In this document: piece by piece, positions 17,582 to 26,454 of the stretch
How positions within the stretch are numbered: position 1 is the first letter of the stretch
How the letters are laid out: the number at the start of each line of letters is the position of its first letter
From: Anaeroplasmataceae bacterium
GTDB taxonomy: Bacteria; Bacillota_I; Bacilli_A; Acholeplasmatales; Anaeroplasmataceae
Direction: 5' to 3'
Length of the DNA stretch: 64,000 nt
Assembly: GCA_051651765.1 (NCBI GenBank)
Contig: JBOFSX010000214.1
Coordinates: 1,874 to 65,873, forward strand
Program-made: the position numbers and the translations under genes
Notes under the pieces: model-generated
The model's database searches: none
What the model was told of the DNA's origin: nothing
Seen by the model: only the letters and a program-made list of their open reading frames with translations

Positions 17582-17626
17582 TACAACCCCATACATATAA
17601 GTATTAAAATCATTTTTCATAGGAGT
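17581..17626 (+). repeat. 46-nt conserved leader, copy 1
   Basis: ATACAACCCCATACATATAAGTATTAAAATCATTTTTCATAGGAGT differs at one position from 18802-18847. Confidence 0.9.
17582..17595 (+). promoter_or_regulatory. late-type variant TACAACCCCATACA inside the conserved RCC1 leader
   Basis: xACA-N6-TA within a 46-nt leader duplicated at 18802-18847. Confidence 0.3.
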
Positions 17627-17630
17627 GAAT

Positions 17631-18752
17631 ATGAAACAAAAAGACGAAGTTTTAAGTCAAAAAAATGGTGAATGTCTGGTTATGAACGTGGTTCAAGATT
17701 TCGTAGCAAGAAATAATGAATCGCAAATTATAACAGATTGTGATCATCACATTTGGGTATCTGGTTGGAATAATTTTAATCAACTCGGATTAAAGAATAA
17801 TGAAGGTGAGCATGCATTTTTCTCTGAAAATGTTAGACCTGATTTAAGATGGCTAAAGAACCCAGAAGCTAAAATAGTTAAGACACAAATGTGTGTACAT
17901 ACAACTATTATTAAGAGTGAAGATGGTGAGTTTTTAGTAGCAGGCGTTAACAGATTCAATATACGTGCTGGCACTAAATATGGTGAGAAACGTGATGATG
18001 ATTATCTCTTTAAACCAGTTGTTCAACCAATTGATTCTAATGGAAATGAATGTGTAATTGAAGATATTTACATGAGCCCTGTTAATTATGTGTGTATTAC
18101 AAAATGTGGTAAAATGTTTATAAAAGGATTGCTGTGTGGAATAGCACCTCCATATAATCGATTCGCACCTAGTATATCATACAAATGGGAAGAAATTGTC
18201 TGTAAAGATGTAAAGTCATTTGAAGATGCTAAGGAAATTGTTGATGAAATCGTCAATAATAAGCGTGAAGATTATAAGAGAGAAAATAAACACATTTCTG
18301 ATGATGAGATGAGTAAATTGGTTAAACGTACACCTACTGAATCGGATAAACTAAAACCAAAATATTCTATCATTAAAGAAGGTGGTTTAAGAGTTTTAGG
18401 TTGCAATAAGAAGGGAGCACTCGGAGATGGGACTGATGAGTCAAAATCTAAATTTGTGGAAGTAAAAGACTTAAAAGGTATCAAATTTAAAAAGATACAT
18501 TGTAGACCATATGAGAGCGCATTTGCTTTAACTATGGATGGTGATTTATGGACATGTGGGCTAGAACCTTATAATCGATCTGATATGAATAAATGTAAAA
18601 TTAATTGGTTTTGGAAGAAGATTGATAGTAAATATAAGTTCAAAGATTTCAGATTGACAGAATTTAATATTTATTTGAAAACAAAATGTGGATTAGAATG
18701 GATTGATGAAATAGATGAAAAGCCATTGGAAGCTATTTTAAATAACGAATAA
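17631..18752 (+). CDS. RCC1-repeat-like beta-propeller protein, paralog 1
   Basis: ATG 17631 lies 5 nt after AGGAG. The track GTG at 17625 overlaps that RBS. RCC1-like signatures VSGWNNFNQLGL and LGCNKKGALGDG. Clear paralog of 18853..19944. Confidence 0.7.
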   Translation: MKQKDEVLSQKNGECLVMNVVQDFVARNNESQIITDCDHHIWVSGWNNFNQLGLKNNEGEHAFFSENVRPDLRWLKNPEAKIVKTQMCVHTTIIKSEDGEFLVAGVNRFNIRAGTKYGEKRDDDYLFKPVVQPIDSNGNECVIEDIYMSPVNYVCITKCGKMFIKGLLCGIAPPYNRFAPSISYKWEEIVCKDVKSFEDAKEIVDEIVNNKREDYKRENKHISDDEMSKLVKRTPTESDKLKPKYSIIKEGGLRVLGCNKKGALGDGTDESKSKFVEVKDLKGIKFKKIHCRPYESAFALTMDGDLWTCGLEPYNRSDMNKCKINWFWKKIDSKYKFKDFRLTEFNIYLKTKCGLEWIDEIDEKPLEAILNNE

Positions 18753-18758
18753 CAAACT

Positions 18759-18790
18759 AAGAGAGGTGTAAAAGCCTCTCTTATTAATTA
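18759..18790 (+). terminator. terminator-like hairpin
   Basis: AAGAGAGG / CCTCTCTT stem with 8-nt loop and a weak T tract. Near-copy at 19951. Confidence 0.5.
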
Positions 18791-18801
18791 TGTTAAAAAT
18801 A

Positions 18802-18847
18802 ATACAATCCCATACATATAAGTATTAAAATCATTTTTCATAGGAGT
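18802..18847 (+). repeat. 46-nt conserved leader, copy 2
   Basis: ATACAATCCCATACATATAAGTATTAAAATCATTTTTCATAGGAGT. Confidence 0.9.
18803..18816 (+). promoter_or_regulatory. late-type variant TACAATCCCATACA inside the conserved RCC1 leader
   Basis: Duplicate of 17582-17595 with one substitution. Confidence 0.3.
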
Positions 18848-18852
18848 ATTGT

Positions 18853-19944
18853 ATGAAAAAAATTCACACACTTTATCGATTTGATAAAGGCGAGATTGGA
18901 CAAGATCAAGATCCAATCAAAGAAATCAAGCCGCGTTACAACGAAACCGTTATGATAATTGACGCGGATGGAAAATTATGGGGTTGTGGCTGGAACAACC
19001 ATAGACAATTGGGTTTACCTGACGTGCCAAAGGATAGTTGTTTTACTGATCCTTATTATGAGACACCAACGTTATCAGATTTAAGCAGGGCTAAAAACCC
19101 AAATGCTAAAATCGTTGATGTTCAAATGGAACGTGAAATAGTATTGATTAAAAATGCTGATGGCGAATATTTAGCAGCAGGATTAAACTTTCACAGTTTA
19201 CACGTTGGTACTAGAGACTGGGAAGATTCTGCTGATACATTTCAATTTAAACCTGTTAACACACCTAAGGATACTGATGGGAATGAATATGAGATAGATG
19301 AAATGTTCATGGGTATGGATACATATTTGTGTAGAGCAAAATGTGGTAAGATCTTTATTAAAGGTGATAATTGTGATTTAGCACCTCCATATAATAAACG
19401 TACACCATCAATATCTCGTCGCTGGACAATTGTAGAAAAATCACACGATTGGTCTGAATGTGTCAAACTTGTAAAAGAGAGATCTGGTAAATATATAAAC
19501 TACAAACCAGCGAAAATAGACAGTAGTAAATATTTAGATATGATAGAGACTAAAGTGCTTATAATGAAAGAAGGTGGAGTGAAAGTTTGTAGCAGTAACC
19601 GATTTGGTGAGATCGGGAACGGATCTAGTGAAGGAGAATTAAATTATGTAGAAATTGATTATTTGAAAGATATTAAATTCAAAAAATCTGATTCGAATGA
19701 TCGATTTATGTTATTCTTGTTATCTATGGATGGAGATATCTATACATCTGGTGAAGAGCGATATAATAATTTGAATTTCATTAAATCTAAAATCAATTGG
19801 TTTTGGAGGAAAATTGAAAGCAAATACAAATTCGAAGATGTCCAGATTAACAAGGGTAATATTTATTTGAAAACTAAATGTGGGTTAGAATGGGTTGATG
19901 AATTGAATAAAAAGCCAATAGATGATATTCTCAACAACATATAA
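18853..19944 (+). CDS. RCC1-repeat-like beta-propeller protein, paralog 2
   Basis: GCGWNNHRQLGL and SSNRFGEIGNG. The C-terminus KINWFWRKIESKYKF...YLKTKCGLEW is shared with paralog 1. Confidence 0.7.
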   Translation: MKKIHTLYRFDKGEIGQDQDPIKEIKPRYNETVMIIDADGKLWGCGWNNHRQLGLPDVPKDSCFTDPYYETPTLSDLSRAKNPNAKIVDVQMEREIVLIKNADGEYLAAGLNFHSLHVGTRDWEDSADTFQFKPVNTPKDTDGNEYEIDEMFMGMDTYLCRAKCGKIFIKGDNCDLAPPYNKRTPSISRRWTIVEKSHDWSECVKLVKERSGKYINYKPAKIDSSKYLDMIETKVLIMKEGGVKVCSSNRFGEIGNGSSEGELNYVEIDYLKDIKFKKSDSNDRFMLFLLSMDGDIYTSGEERYNNLNFIKSKINWFWRKIESKYKFEDVQINKGNIYLKTKCGLEWVDELNKKPIDDILNNI

Positions 19945-19950
19945 CAATTT

Positions 19951-19981
19951 AGAGAGGCGTAAAAGCCTCTCTTTATTATTT
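19951..19981 (+). terminator. terminator-like hairpin
   Basis: AGAGAGG / CCTCTCT stem with loop CGTAAAAG, followed by TTATTATTT. Confidence 0.5.
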
Positions 19982-19992
19982 AAGGAGATTTT

Positions 19993-20208
19993 ATGATGTC
20001 GACAGTGTACCTTTCGATCTTGGGTTGTTTAGTAGTTTTGTTTGTTATAATGAGTCTTGTAATCACTATGATTAAAGAGACATATTGTGATAAACATGAA
20101 AAACTTATTAAGAAATTAGTATTTATAAATTCGGTTATAATTGTTCTTGCTATTGTAACCGTAATATTATTATTTATACTTCTTTTAACGGAGTGTAGTA
20201 AAATATGA
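19993..20208 (+). CDS. small two-helix membrane protein (71 aa)
   Basis: AAGGAG RBS and two hydrophobic helices. Confidence 0.65.
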   Translation: MMSTVYLSILGCLVVLFVIMSLVITMIKETYCDKHEKLIKKLVFINSVIIVLAIVTVILLFILLLTECSKI

Positions 20209-20480
20209 ACTTTATAATATACACGATAGTAATTCTATCACTGTTTGTAACAACTTATTTGTTTATTGTTATAACTGATAAAATGTTAAAAATTATTAAT
20301 GTAGGGTTTTTAGGTAAAACTTTAATTATTCTATTATTCATAGCATTATTAGTTTACATAAGCTTATGGTTGTTTATTTATGCTACGCAAAACGGATATT
20401 TTGATCCGTATGCGACTAATTCGGATTTGAGTATATTTCTTAGAAGATATGTGCCCAATATATTACAAACCAATTTATAA
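20205..20480 (+). CDS. small membrane protein (91 aa)
   Basis: ATGA start/stop overlap with the upstream gene. Two hydrophobic helices. Confidence 0.65.
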   Translation: MNFIIYTIVILSLFVTTYLFIVITDKMLKIINVGFLGKTLIILLFIALLVYISLWLFIYATQNGYFDPYATNSDLSIFLRRYVPNILQTNL

Positions 20481-20491
20481 GGAGAAAAAAA

Positions 20492-20977
20492 ATGGAATTT
20501 GTAAAATTTATTATGAATTTCGCTATTGGATGTATGTGTTATATTCTTGTATGCGTATACATCGGATGTGGTGGAATCGGAGAAATTATTGAAGTATTGA
20601 AACGGTTTGAGCGTTATCTCAAAAAAGTATCTGCACCTATCGGTCGGGTACTTCGAAAGGTTATTGAGCCTGTAGATCGTTTCTTTATAAAGATCTTTAC
20701 ACCTGTTTGTAAATTCTTTAAACCTGTAGCTAAACCATTTGTATGGTGTGGTCGAAAGATTAAACAATTAGGAAAATACCTATTTAAGTTATTCGTACTA
20801 TTTAGTAAAAAGTGCGAGTTCCTTTTGAATATTAGCATTAACTTGGCTATCATTCTAGGTATAACAGCAACCGGTATCGTTGTCATAGTAGCATCTATGA
20901 AAGGATTCGGGTTTGGTCCACTTCTAGCATATGTAGTGGGTTTGATCGGAATAGTCCGTTGGATTATTCGAAAATAA
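20492..20977 (+). CDS. membrane protein (161 aa), paralog of 21030..21470
   Basis: AAGGAG RBS. The C-terminal ASMKGFGFG helix pair is shared with the next gene (ASIKFIGFG). Preferred over antisense ORFs 20378..20767 and 20614..20886. Confidence 0.7.
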   Translation: MEFVKFIMNFAIGCMCYILVCVYIGCGGIGEIIEVLKRFERYLKKVSAPIGRVLRKVIEPVDRFFIKIFTPVCKFFKPVAKPFVWCGRKIKQLGKYLFKLFVLFSKKCEFLLNISINLAIILGITATGIVVIVASMKGFGFGPLLAYVVGLIGIVRWIIRK

Positions 20978-20987
20978 TTAAAAAAAT

Positions 20988-21018
20988 AAAGGGGATGATA
21001 AGTCCCCTTTATATTATT
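20988..21018 (+). terminator. terminator-like hairpin
   Basis: AAAGGGGA / TCCCCTTT stem with 7-nt loop. Confidence 0.5.
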
Positions 21019-21029
21019 AGGAGACTAAA

Positions 21030-21470
21030 ATGTCATTTATTGAAATCGTAACATATGTCACAGCGATTAATATAGTGTTGGTGGCGGCTTCATTTCTATT
21101 GGTTAATTTTAATTTCGATATTAAGTTTGCCTTGATACATTATAAATGTAAAAGTTTTACACAAAGGATTATACCAAAATCATTTTTACTTAAATTTGCA
21201 CCATATCGTTTTCGAAGAAATATTATGGCTGCATGTAATTATGGTAAACCTCCTGAGTTTAAAAAGCTTGTAGAATTGTGGAGAAAGATATTGGATAAAA
21301 TAGAACCAATATCTACTTTATTATTTATTATAGAATTACTTATCTCTATAGTTGGATTAGGTATTATTTCTATAGCATCAATTAAATTTATAGGTTTTGG
21401 AGCAGTTGTAATCTATGTTACAGCATTAGCATCTTTCACAATTTATACAATTAAAGAAATGAGTTTTTGA
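21030..21470 (+). CDS. membrane protein (146 aa), paralog of 20492..20977
   Basis: AGGAG RBS, hydrophobic N- and C-terminal helices, terminator downstream. Confidence 0.7.
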   Translation: MSFIEIVTYVTAINIVLVAASFLLVNFNFDIKFALIHYKCKSFTQRIIPKSFLLKFAPYRFRRNIMAACNYGKPPEFKKLVELWRKILDKIEPISTLLFIIELLISIVGLGIISIASIKFIGFGAVVIYVTALASFTIYTIKEMSF

Positions 21471-21476
21471 CAAAAC

Positions 21477-21510
21477 AATAACACTCCCTCATTTGGGAGT
21501 GTTATTTTTT
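21477..21510. terminator. bidirectional terminator
   Basis: AATAACACTCCC / GGGAGTGTTATT 12-bp stem plus T-run. Lies between 21470(+) and 21502(-). Confidence 0.8.
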
Positions 21511-22674
21511 ATAATCTATAACTATATCAACAGAGTCCATAAAACGTGTAACACCTGTATAGAGAAACTTACTATGAATATCATAGTTCCCTTCAAATTC
21601 GTCTAACAATAAACCCCTCTTATACTCTGATCCTTGTGATCTATGTACTGATAACGCATAACCAAAATCCAAATGAGCTATTTCATCTTCGTCATCTTTT
21701 ATATGAACTTCTCTATCTATATTACCATAATAGATTTCAAAGTAATCGTTATGACATAAAGTTTTAAAGCTTGGTCCTTTTGCATCTTTTATAAAGTCTG
21801 GTTTATATTTTAATAAAATATGGTGTTTATTTTTTGTAGTCTTATAATCGTCTTGGACAATAGATGGTAAACCGTTAACAGGGAATATTGGTATACCAGC
21901 ATATTCAATCTGATGATAATAGTTGTTTTTCAGTCCTATAACCTTTTCACCTTTTAAAGGAAAGACTGATTCTATTTTTAAAGCTCTTCTAATAGCTTGA
22001 TTAAATAACTTCCTAGTGTTATTTCTCCAGCATAATACTATATCATACTTAGTTATATCTTCTACATCTTTAAGATATAATACATTACATTTTTTATATT
22101 TACCTATTTTCGGTCGTTCCCCATTTCTATACATAGTAGCTAGCTGAAGAATACCAGATGTATCGTCTTGTCTTAACACTTGAGTTAATTGTACATCTAT
22201 ATTAACTGTATCTTTTAATAATGAGTTAGTTCCTATAACCGGTGGTAACTGACCTATGTCTCCTAAAAATATAACTGGTAAATTAAATGATAGTATATCT
22301 TTTATCATTGCATCATTTATCATAGAGCATTCGTCTATAACTATTAACTTAATCGTACTAGGAAGACTACGCTTTAAGTTGAATCTATATGCCCCGTTAT
22401 CCATATAAAAGATATTATAAAATGACTTATGTATAGTATTTGCTTGATTCCCTTTCATTCTTAAAATTAAAGCAGCTTTCCCTGTAAAAGCTGCAAATAA
22501 AACGTTATAACTAGCTAATCCTAAAACGTCTATTAATGTATTTACAATTGTTGATTTACCTGTACCTGCATAACCACTTATAATAAAATGATTCTTCTTA
22601 CTATAAGTAGTGTCAAAATACCAAGCACAAGCCTTTACAATAGCTTCACGTTGCTGATTAGTAAGTGATATCAA
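21502..22674 (-). CDS. SF1B RecD/Dda-like ATP-dependent DNA helicase
   Basis: Motif I GYAGTGKST, Ia AFTGKAA, II VIDECSM, III GDIGQLPPV, V/VI SVHRSQGSE and YTGVTR. The apparent start is TTG and overlaps the upstream gene. Confidence 0.85.
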   Translation of the reverse strand: MISLTNQQREAIVKACAWYFDTTYSKKNHFIISGYAGTGKSTIVNTLIDVLGLASYNVLFAAFTGKAALILRMKGNQANTIHKSFYNIFYMDNGAYRFNLKRSLPSTIKLIVIDECSMINDAMIKDILSFNLPVIFLGDIGQLPPVIGTNSLLKDTVNIDVQLTQVLRQDDTSGILQLATMYRNGERPKIGKYKKCNVLYLKDVEDITKYDIVLCWRNNTRKLFNQAIRRALKIESVFPLKGEKVIGLKNNYYHQIEYAGIPIFPVNGLPSIVQDDYKTTKNKHHILLKYKPDFIKDAKGPSFKTLCHNDYFEIYYGNIDREVHIKDDEDEIAHLDFGYALSVHRSQGSEYKRGLLLDEFEGNYDIHSKFLYTGVTRFMDSVDIVIDYKK

Positions 22675-23335
22675 TATCGACTATTCCTTTCTCGTAATCT
22701 TCTTGTTTAATATTGTCTATATAATTAATTTTAGCTAGAAGTTCTTCTTTGTCTTTTTTCATCCTTTCAATAATCTCTTTATTATCTTGAGATTCCATTT
22801 CATTATCTATACACCCGATAGCATCATGTAGAACTGATTTTGCATAACTCTTTCGATGTCTAAACATTATAGACTTGTATATATCAATTTTAGAACTGTC
22901 AAACTCTATCATTAGTTTTAATAATAGCTCTAAGTTTTTAGGGCTATTATTTTCAGGATTATAATAATAATTAGATATATATTCAAATAATGAATTCTCA
23001 CAAGTTATATATAATGCGGTATCAGGATTATTGTCAAAGTAATTCTTTATGTATGTATTCTTTACAAATATTTCTCTTAATTGATTTAAAAAGATATCAA
23101 AATAAAATATCTCAAATAAGTCTTTTATATATTTATCTTCTTTCTCACCTTCGCAAACAAATACATCAAATATAGAGTTGCATAATATATAGAAGTATTC
23201 TATAATTTCAGTCCTGATAGTTTCCAACTGTTTAGTGCTAGTTATTTTATCAATTATCTTGTCTAATTTAATTGTCAATACATCTGTTAAAACATTATCT
23301 TTTAAAGATTCTTTTTTAGTTTTTAAAAATGCCAT
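22658..23335 (-). CDS. hypothetical protein (225 aa)
   Basis: AGGAG RBS, with an AACA-N6-TATA motif just upstream. Confidence 0.8.
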   Translation of the reverse strand: MAFLKTKKESLKDNVLTDVLTIKLDKIIDKITSTKQLETIRTEIIEYFYILCNSIFDVFVCEGEKEDKYIKDLFEIFYFDIFLNQLREIFVKNTYIKNYFDNNPDTALYITCENSLFEYISNYYYNPENNSPKNLELLLKLMIEFDSSKIDIYKSIMFRHRKSYAKSVLHDAIGCIDNEMESQDNKEIIERMKKDKEELLAKINYIDNIKQEDYEKGIVDIDITY

Positions 23336-23349
23336 ATTGTGTCTCCTAT

Positions 23350-23363
23350 TATAAAATGATGTT
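23350..23363 (-). promoter_or_regulatory. late-type promoter-like motif AACATCATTTTATA
   Basis: Upstream of ATG 23335 in the divergent intergenic region. Confidence 0.4.
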
Positions 23364-23376
23364 TAAAATATATTAA

Positions 23377-23390
23377 AACTATAAAATATA
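23377..23390 (+). promoter_or_regulatory. late-type promoter-like motif AACTATAAAATATA
   Basis: Upstream of the ligase ATG at 23419. Confidence 0.4.
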
Positions 23391-23418
23391 AATATATTAT
23401 ATCTCAGTGGAGTGTTAA

Positions 23419-25365
23419 ATGAAAAATAGAATCAAAGAATTGGAACAAATTATAATAAATGCTAAGAAAAATTATTATTCTCTTATAGATAATACTGTAG
23501 AGAAAGAAATGTCTGATGCTGAATATGATATACTCGAAGATGAATTGAGAAGACTAGATCCTAATAATAAGGTCTTAACTCAAGTTGGGTATGAAGAAAA
23601 GATAAATAACTTTGAAAAAGTTGTACATAGAATACCAATGCTTTCTATAAAGAAGTCTCATACTGAATTTGAAGTAGCTTCTTGGTATAATGATAAAGTT
23701 GATTCCGGGGCTATATCAGAAAATGATCTTATTATAGAGCCGAAGATTGATGGTGTATCAGGAGATCTTTATTATGAGAAAGGAAAATTGATAAGAGCAT
23801 CTACAAGAGGTAGTGGGAAAGTTGGTTATGAAATAAAGAGTGAGTATTTTAATTGTATTCCTAAAACTATATCTTTAAAAGATAAGATTCACATTAGAGG
23901 TGAGTTCTATATACCAAAAGATTATAGTGAGAATAGAGGTGAAGAACCACTTAGAAATATGTGTGCAGGAGCAATTAAAAGAAAAGAAAAGTCTGAGATT
24001 CATAATCATATAAGATTCGTGGCTTATCAGATAGTAAATGAAATCAAAGAAACTTATGATAAAGAATCTACAAAGATCGACACATTAGTGAAAGCAGGAT
24101 TTGATGCTCCTCCATATCATATAGTGAAAAACTATAAAAGTGCTTGGGAGTATTTTGTAGAATATGAAGATAAATTAAGAGATGCTTGGCCGTATGAAAC
24201 TGATGGTTTAGTAATAGTCTTTAACTCTACAGAAACTCAGATTATAATAAATCGAGAGTTTGGAGTTACAGATCATCATAATAAATATTGTTTAGCTATA
24301 AAACCAAAGTCTCTAGGAGATTGGAGTATATTAAGGGATATCGAATGGAATACATCTAGGACTGGTAGAATAGTTCCAACCGGAGTTATAAATCCGATAC
24401 TAATAGATTCTGTTGTAATCAATAGAGCTACATTAAATAATATTACTTATATCAAAACTTTAGATATAAAGAGATTTGATAAAGTTTATTGTGTTCGATC
24501 TAATGATGTAATTCCTAAGATTCTTAAGAGTATTCATACAAAAGATTCTACTGATATATCAATTGACAAATGTCCTAGTTGTGGAGAAAAGATAGTTATG
24601 AAAGGTGTAGATTACTTCTGTGAGAATTACTTTGGTTGTCCATCTCAAACTATTAACAAATTCATACACTGGTTTAATGTAACAGGAATTAAACACATAG
24701 GACCTAGTGCTGTAGACAATTTAATCAATATAGGTAAATTTTATTCTATATGGCAATTGTATGCTATGTCTAGTGAAGATCTAGTAAAAGTATTAGAGAA
24801 GTTTTGTAATATCAAAAGTAATACTAATACAATGAAAGAAATAATTAGACTATTCGAAGAATCTAAAAATCAAACAGAGCAAGAGATAATAGGAAATTAT
24901 GGAATACCAAGTATTGGAAAGAAGTCCTTAGAAAAGATGAATGTGTATACATTGAATGATCTTATAAAATATAAAGAAATTAAATATCTTACTTCTGATA
25001 GTGCTTTTGAACAGAAATTATCTGCGTGGTTAAATCGTGATAATAGAAACTTTGATGATCTTTTCTCACTAGTTAAGTTTATTAATCCTAAACAAGGACC
25101 TACTGAAAAGATTAAAAAGAAAAAGTTTTGTATCACTGGTAATTTCTCTAATAGAAAGAGAAACTCTTTGATAAAAGAAATAGAAAACAAATATACTAAT
25201 TGGGAATTTTCTTCCACAGTATCTAAAGAGACTAATGTCTTATTTGTAGGTAATGAAAATGGTTATTCCTCTAAGTCTATAGCAGCTGCAAGGTTATCAA
25301 TACCGATAGTTAAAATAGGCGAGATATTTGAAATTAGTAAGTTAGAAAAACATATGAGTGATTAA
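23419..25365 (+). CDS. ligA: NAD-dependent DNA ligase
   Basis: Adenylation motif EPKIDGVS, ETDGLVIV, LAIKPK, Cys4 zinc finger CPSCGEK...CENYFGCPSQ, and a BRCT-like C-terminus KKFCITGNF. Confidence 0.85.
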   Translation: MKNRIKELEQIIINAKKNYYSLIDNTVEKEMSDAEYDILEDELRRLDPNNKVLTQVGYEEKINNFEKVVHRIPMLSIKKSHTEFEVASWYNDKVDSGAISENDLIIEPKIDGVSGDLYYEKGKLIRASTRGSGKVGYEIKSEYFNCIPKTISLKDKIHIRGEFYIPKDYSENRGEEPLRNMCAGAIKRKEKSEIHNHIRFVAYQIVNEIKETYDKESTKIDTLVKAGFDAPPYHIVKNYKSAWEYFVEYEDKLRDAWPYETDGLVIVFNSTETQIIINREFGVTDHHNKYCLAIKPKSLGDWSILRDIEWNTSRTGRIVPTGVINPILIDSVVINRATLNNITYIKTLDIKRFDKVYCVRSNDVIPKILKSIHTKDSTDISIDKCPSCGEKIVMKGVDYFCENYFGCPSQTINKFIHWFNVTGIKHIGPSAVDNLINIGKFYSIWQLYAMSSEDLVKVLEKFCNIKSNTNTMKEIIRLFEESKNQTEQEIIGNYGIPSIGKKSLEKMNVYTLNDLIKYKEIKYLTSDSAFEQKLSAWLNRDNRNFDDLFSLVKFINPKQGPTEKIKKKKFCITGNFSNRKRNSLIKEIENKYTNWEFSSTVSKETNVLFVGNENGYSSKSIAAARLSIPIVKIGEIFEISKLEKHMSD

Positions 25366-25385
25366 AAATATTTAATTACTCATCT

Positions 25386-25399
25386 AACTTATTAATATA
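25386..25399 (+). promoter_or_regulatory. late-type promoter-like motif AACTTATTAATATA
   Basis: Upstream of the lipase-like gene ATG at 25422. Confidence 0.4.
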
Positions 25400-25421
25400 A
25401 CAAAATAAAGAGGTAATAATA

Positions 25422-26444
25422 ATGGATAAGAAAACACTCGAGAAGAATATATTTAAGTATTTATTATATTCAATTTTAGCATGGGATGATAAAGGAAAGA
25501 AGATAGAAGATGCTCCGCTTAGTCAAATGTTTTTCCACAATGACGCATATAAAAAAGATATGTGTAAAGATGTGGAATTTACTCGTAAGGATAATGCTCG
25601 CACATTATATTATGAACACAAACTATCTTCTACTAATTACAATGTATATGAAAGAAAAGATGGAGAAGTTATTATCGCTTTTAGAGGGTCGGATTCAAAA
25701 CACGACTGGCTAAGCGATTTTAACTTTTTTAAGAAAAAGTATGATGATGTAAACACTGAGACAAGATTATCAGTTGGAGAAGAAACATATGATCAAATGA
25801 GAATGCACGAGTTCCTAAAATCCACAGAAGATTTTAATGGTGTTTTAAAAGCTATGAAAACTTTTAAAGACACAACTATGTGTAAAATGAAAAACTATTT
25901 AAGTGCTAAATACCAAGTAGCTGCAGATTTCTCAGCTAAAGAGTTTGGTAATAGTATATTAGACGTATTTAATAAATATAAAGATAAAATTGAATTGCAC
26001 GGTGGATTTGCTAAACAATATCTATCTATTCAAAAGGATCTTGATCGTCTTATTGAAACTTATATGAATAACCGAAACTTTAAAAAGGTTACTATTGTAG
26101 GTCATTCTTTAGGTGGAGCTTTAGCTCAAATAGCATATATATTTAATGCTGTAAAGTATAATAATGTAAAGAAACTAACTTGTTATGTATATGGCGCTCC
26201 AAAGATTGGAAATCATATATTATCGAAGTTTGTACGTGAAGCTATGATAGTAGAAAACTTTTATTCTACTATAGTAGATAAAGATATGATTGTTTATATG
26301 CCACCAGATAATTTAGGCTTCTCTGGCAATAACCATGCATGTGTAATTAAAAGTATACCTGCTCCATTCAGTCATATTTCACATCACAGTTTCTTTTATT
26401 ATCTATACTGCTTTATAAACAAAGCACAAATAAACTTAACATAA
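25422..26444 (+). CDS. class 3 lipase-like alpha/beta hydrolase
   Basis: Nucleophile elbow VTIVGHSLGGALAQ, preceded by IAFRGS as is typical of the Lipase_3 family. Confidence 0.7.
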   Translation: MDKKTLEKNIFKYLLYSILAWDDKGKKIEDAPLSQMFFHNDAYKKDMCKDVEFTRKDNARTLYYEHKLSSTNYNVYERKDGEVIIAFRGSDSKHDWLSDFNFFKKKYDDVNTETRLSVGEETYDQMRMHEFLKSTEDFNGVLKAMKTFKDTTMCKMKNYLSAKYQVAADFSAKEFGNSILDVFNKYKDKIELHGGFAKQYLSIQKDLDRLIETYMNNRNFKKVTIVGHSLGGALAQIAYIFNAVKYNNVKKLTCYVYGAPKIGNHILSKFVREAMIVENFYSTIVDKDMIVYMPPDNLGFSGNNHACVIKSIPAPFSHISHHSFFYYLYCFINKAQINLT

Positions 26445-26454
26445 CGGAGATATT

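Noticed and set aside
20378-20886. Track ORFs 20378..20767(-) and 20614..20886(-)
   Set aside because: Antisense to the co-oriented membrane-protein genes, which have strong RBSs. There is no RBS on the minus strand, and these ORFs would run against the terminator logic of the block.
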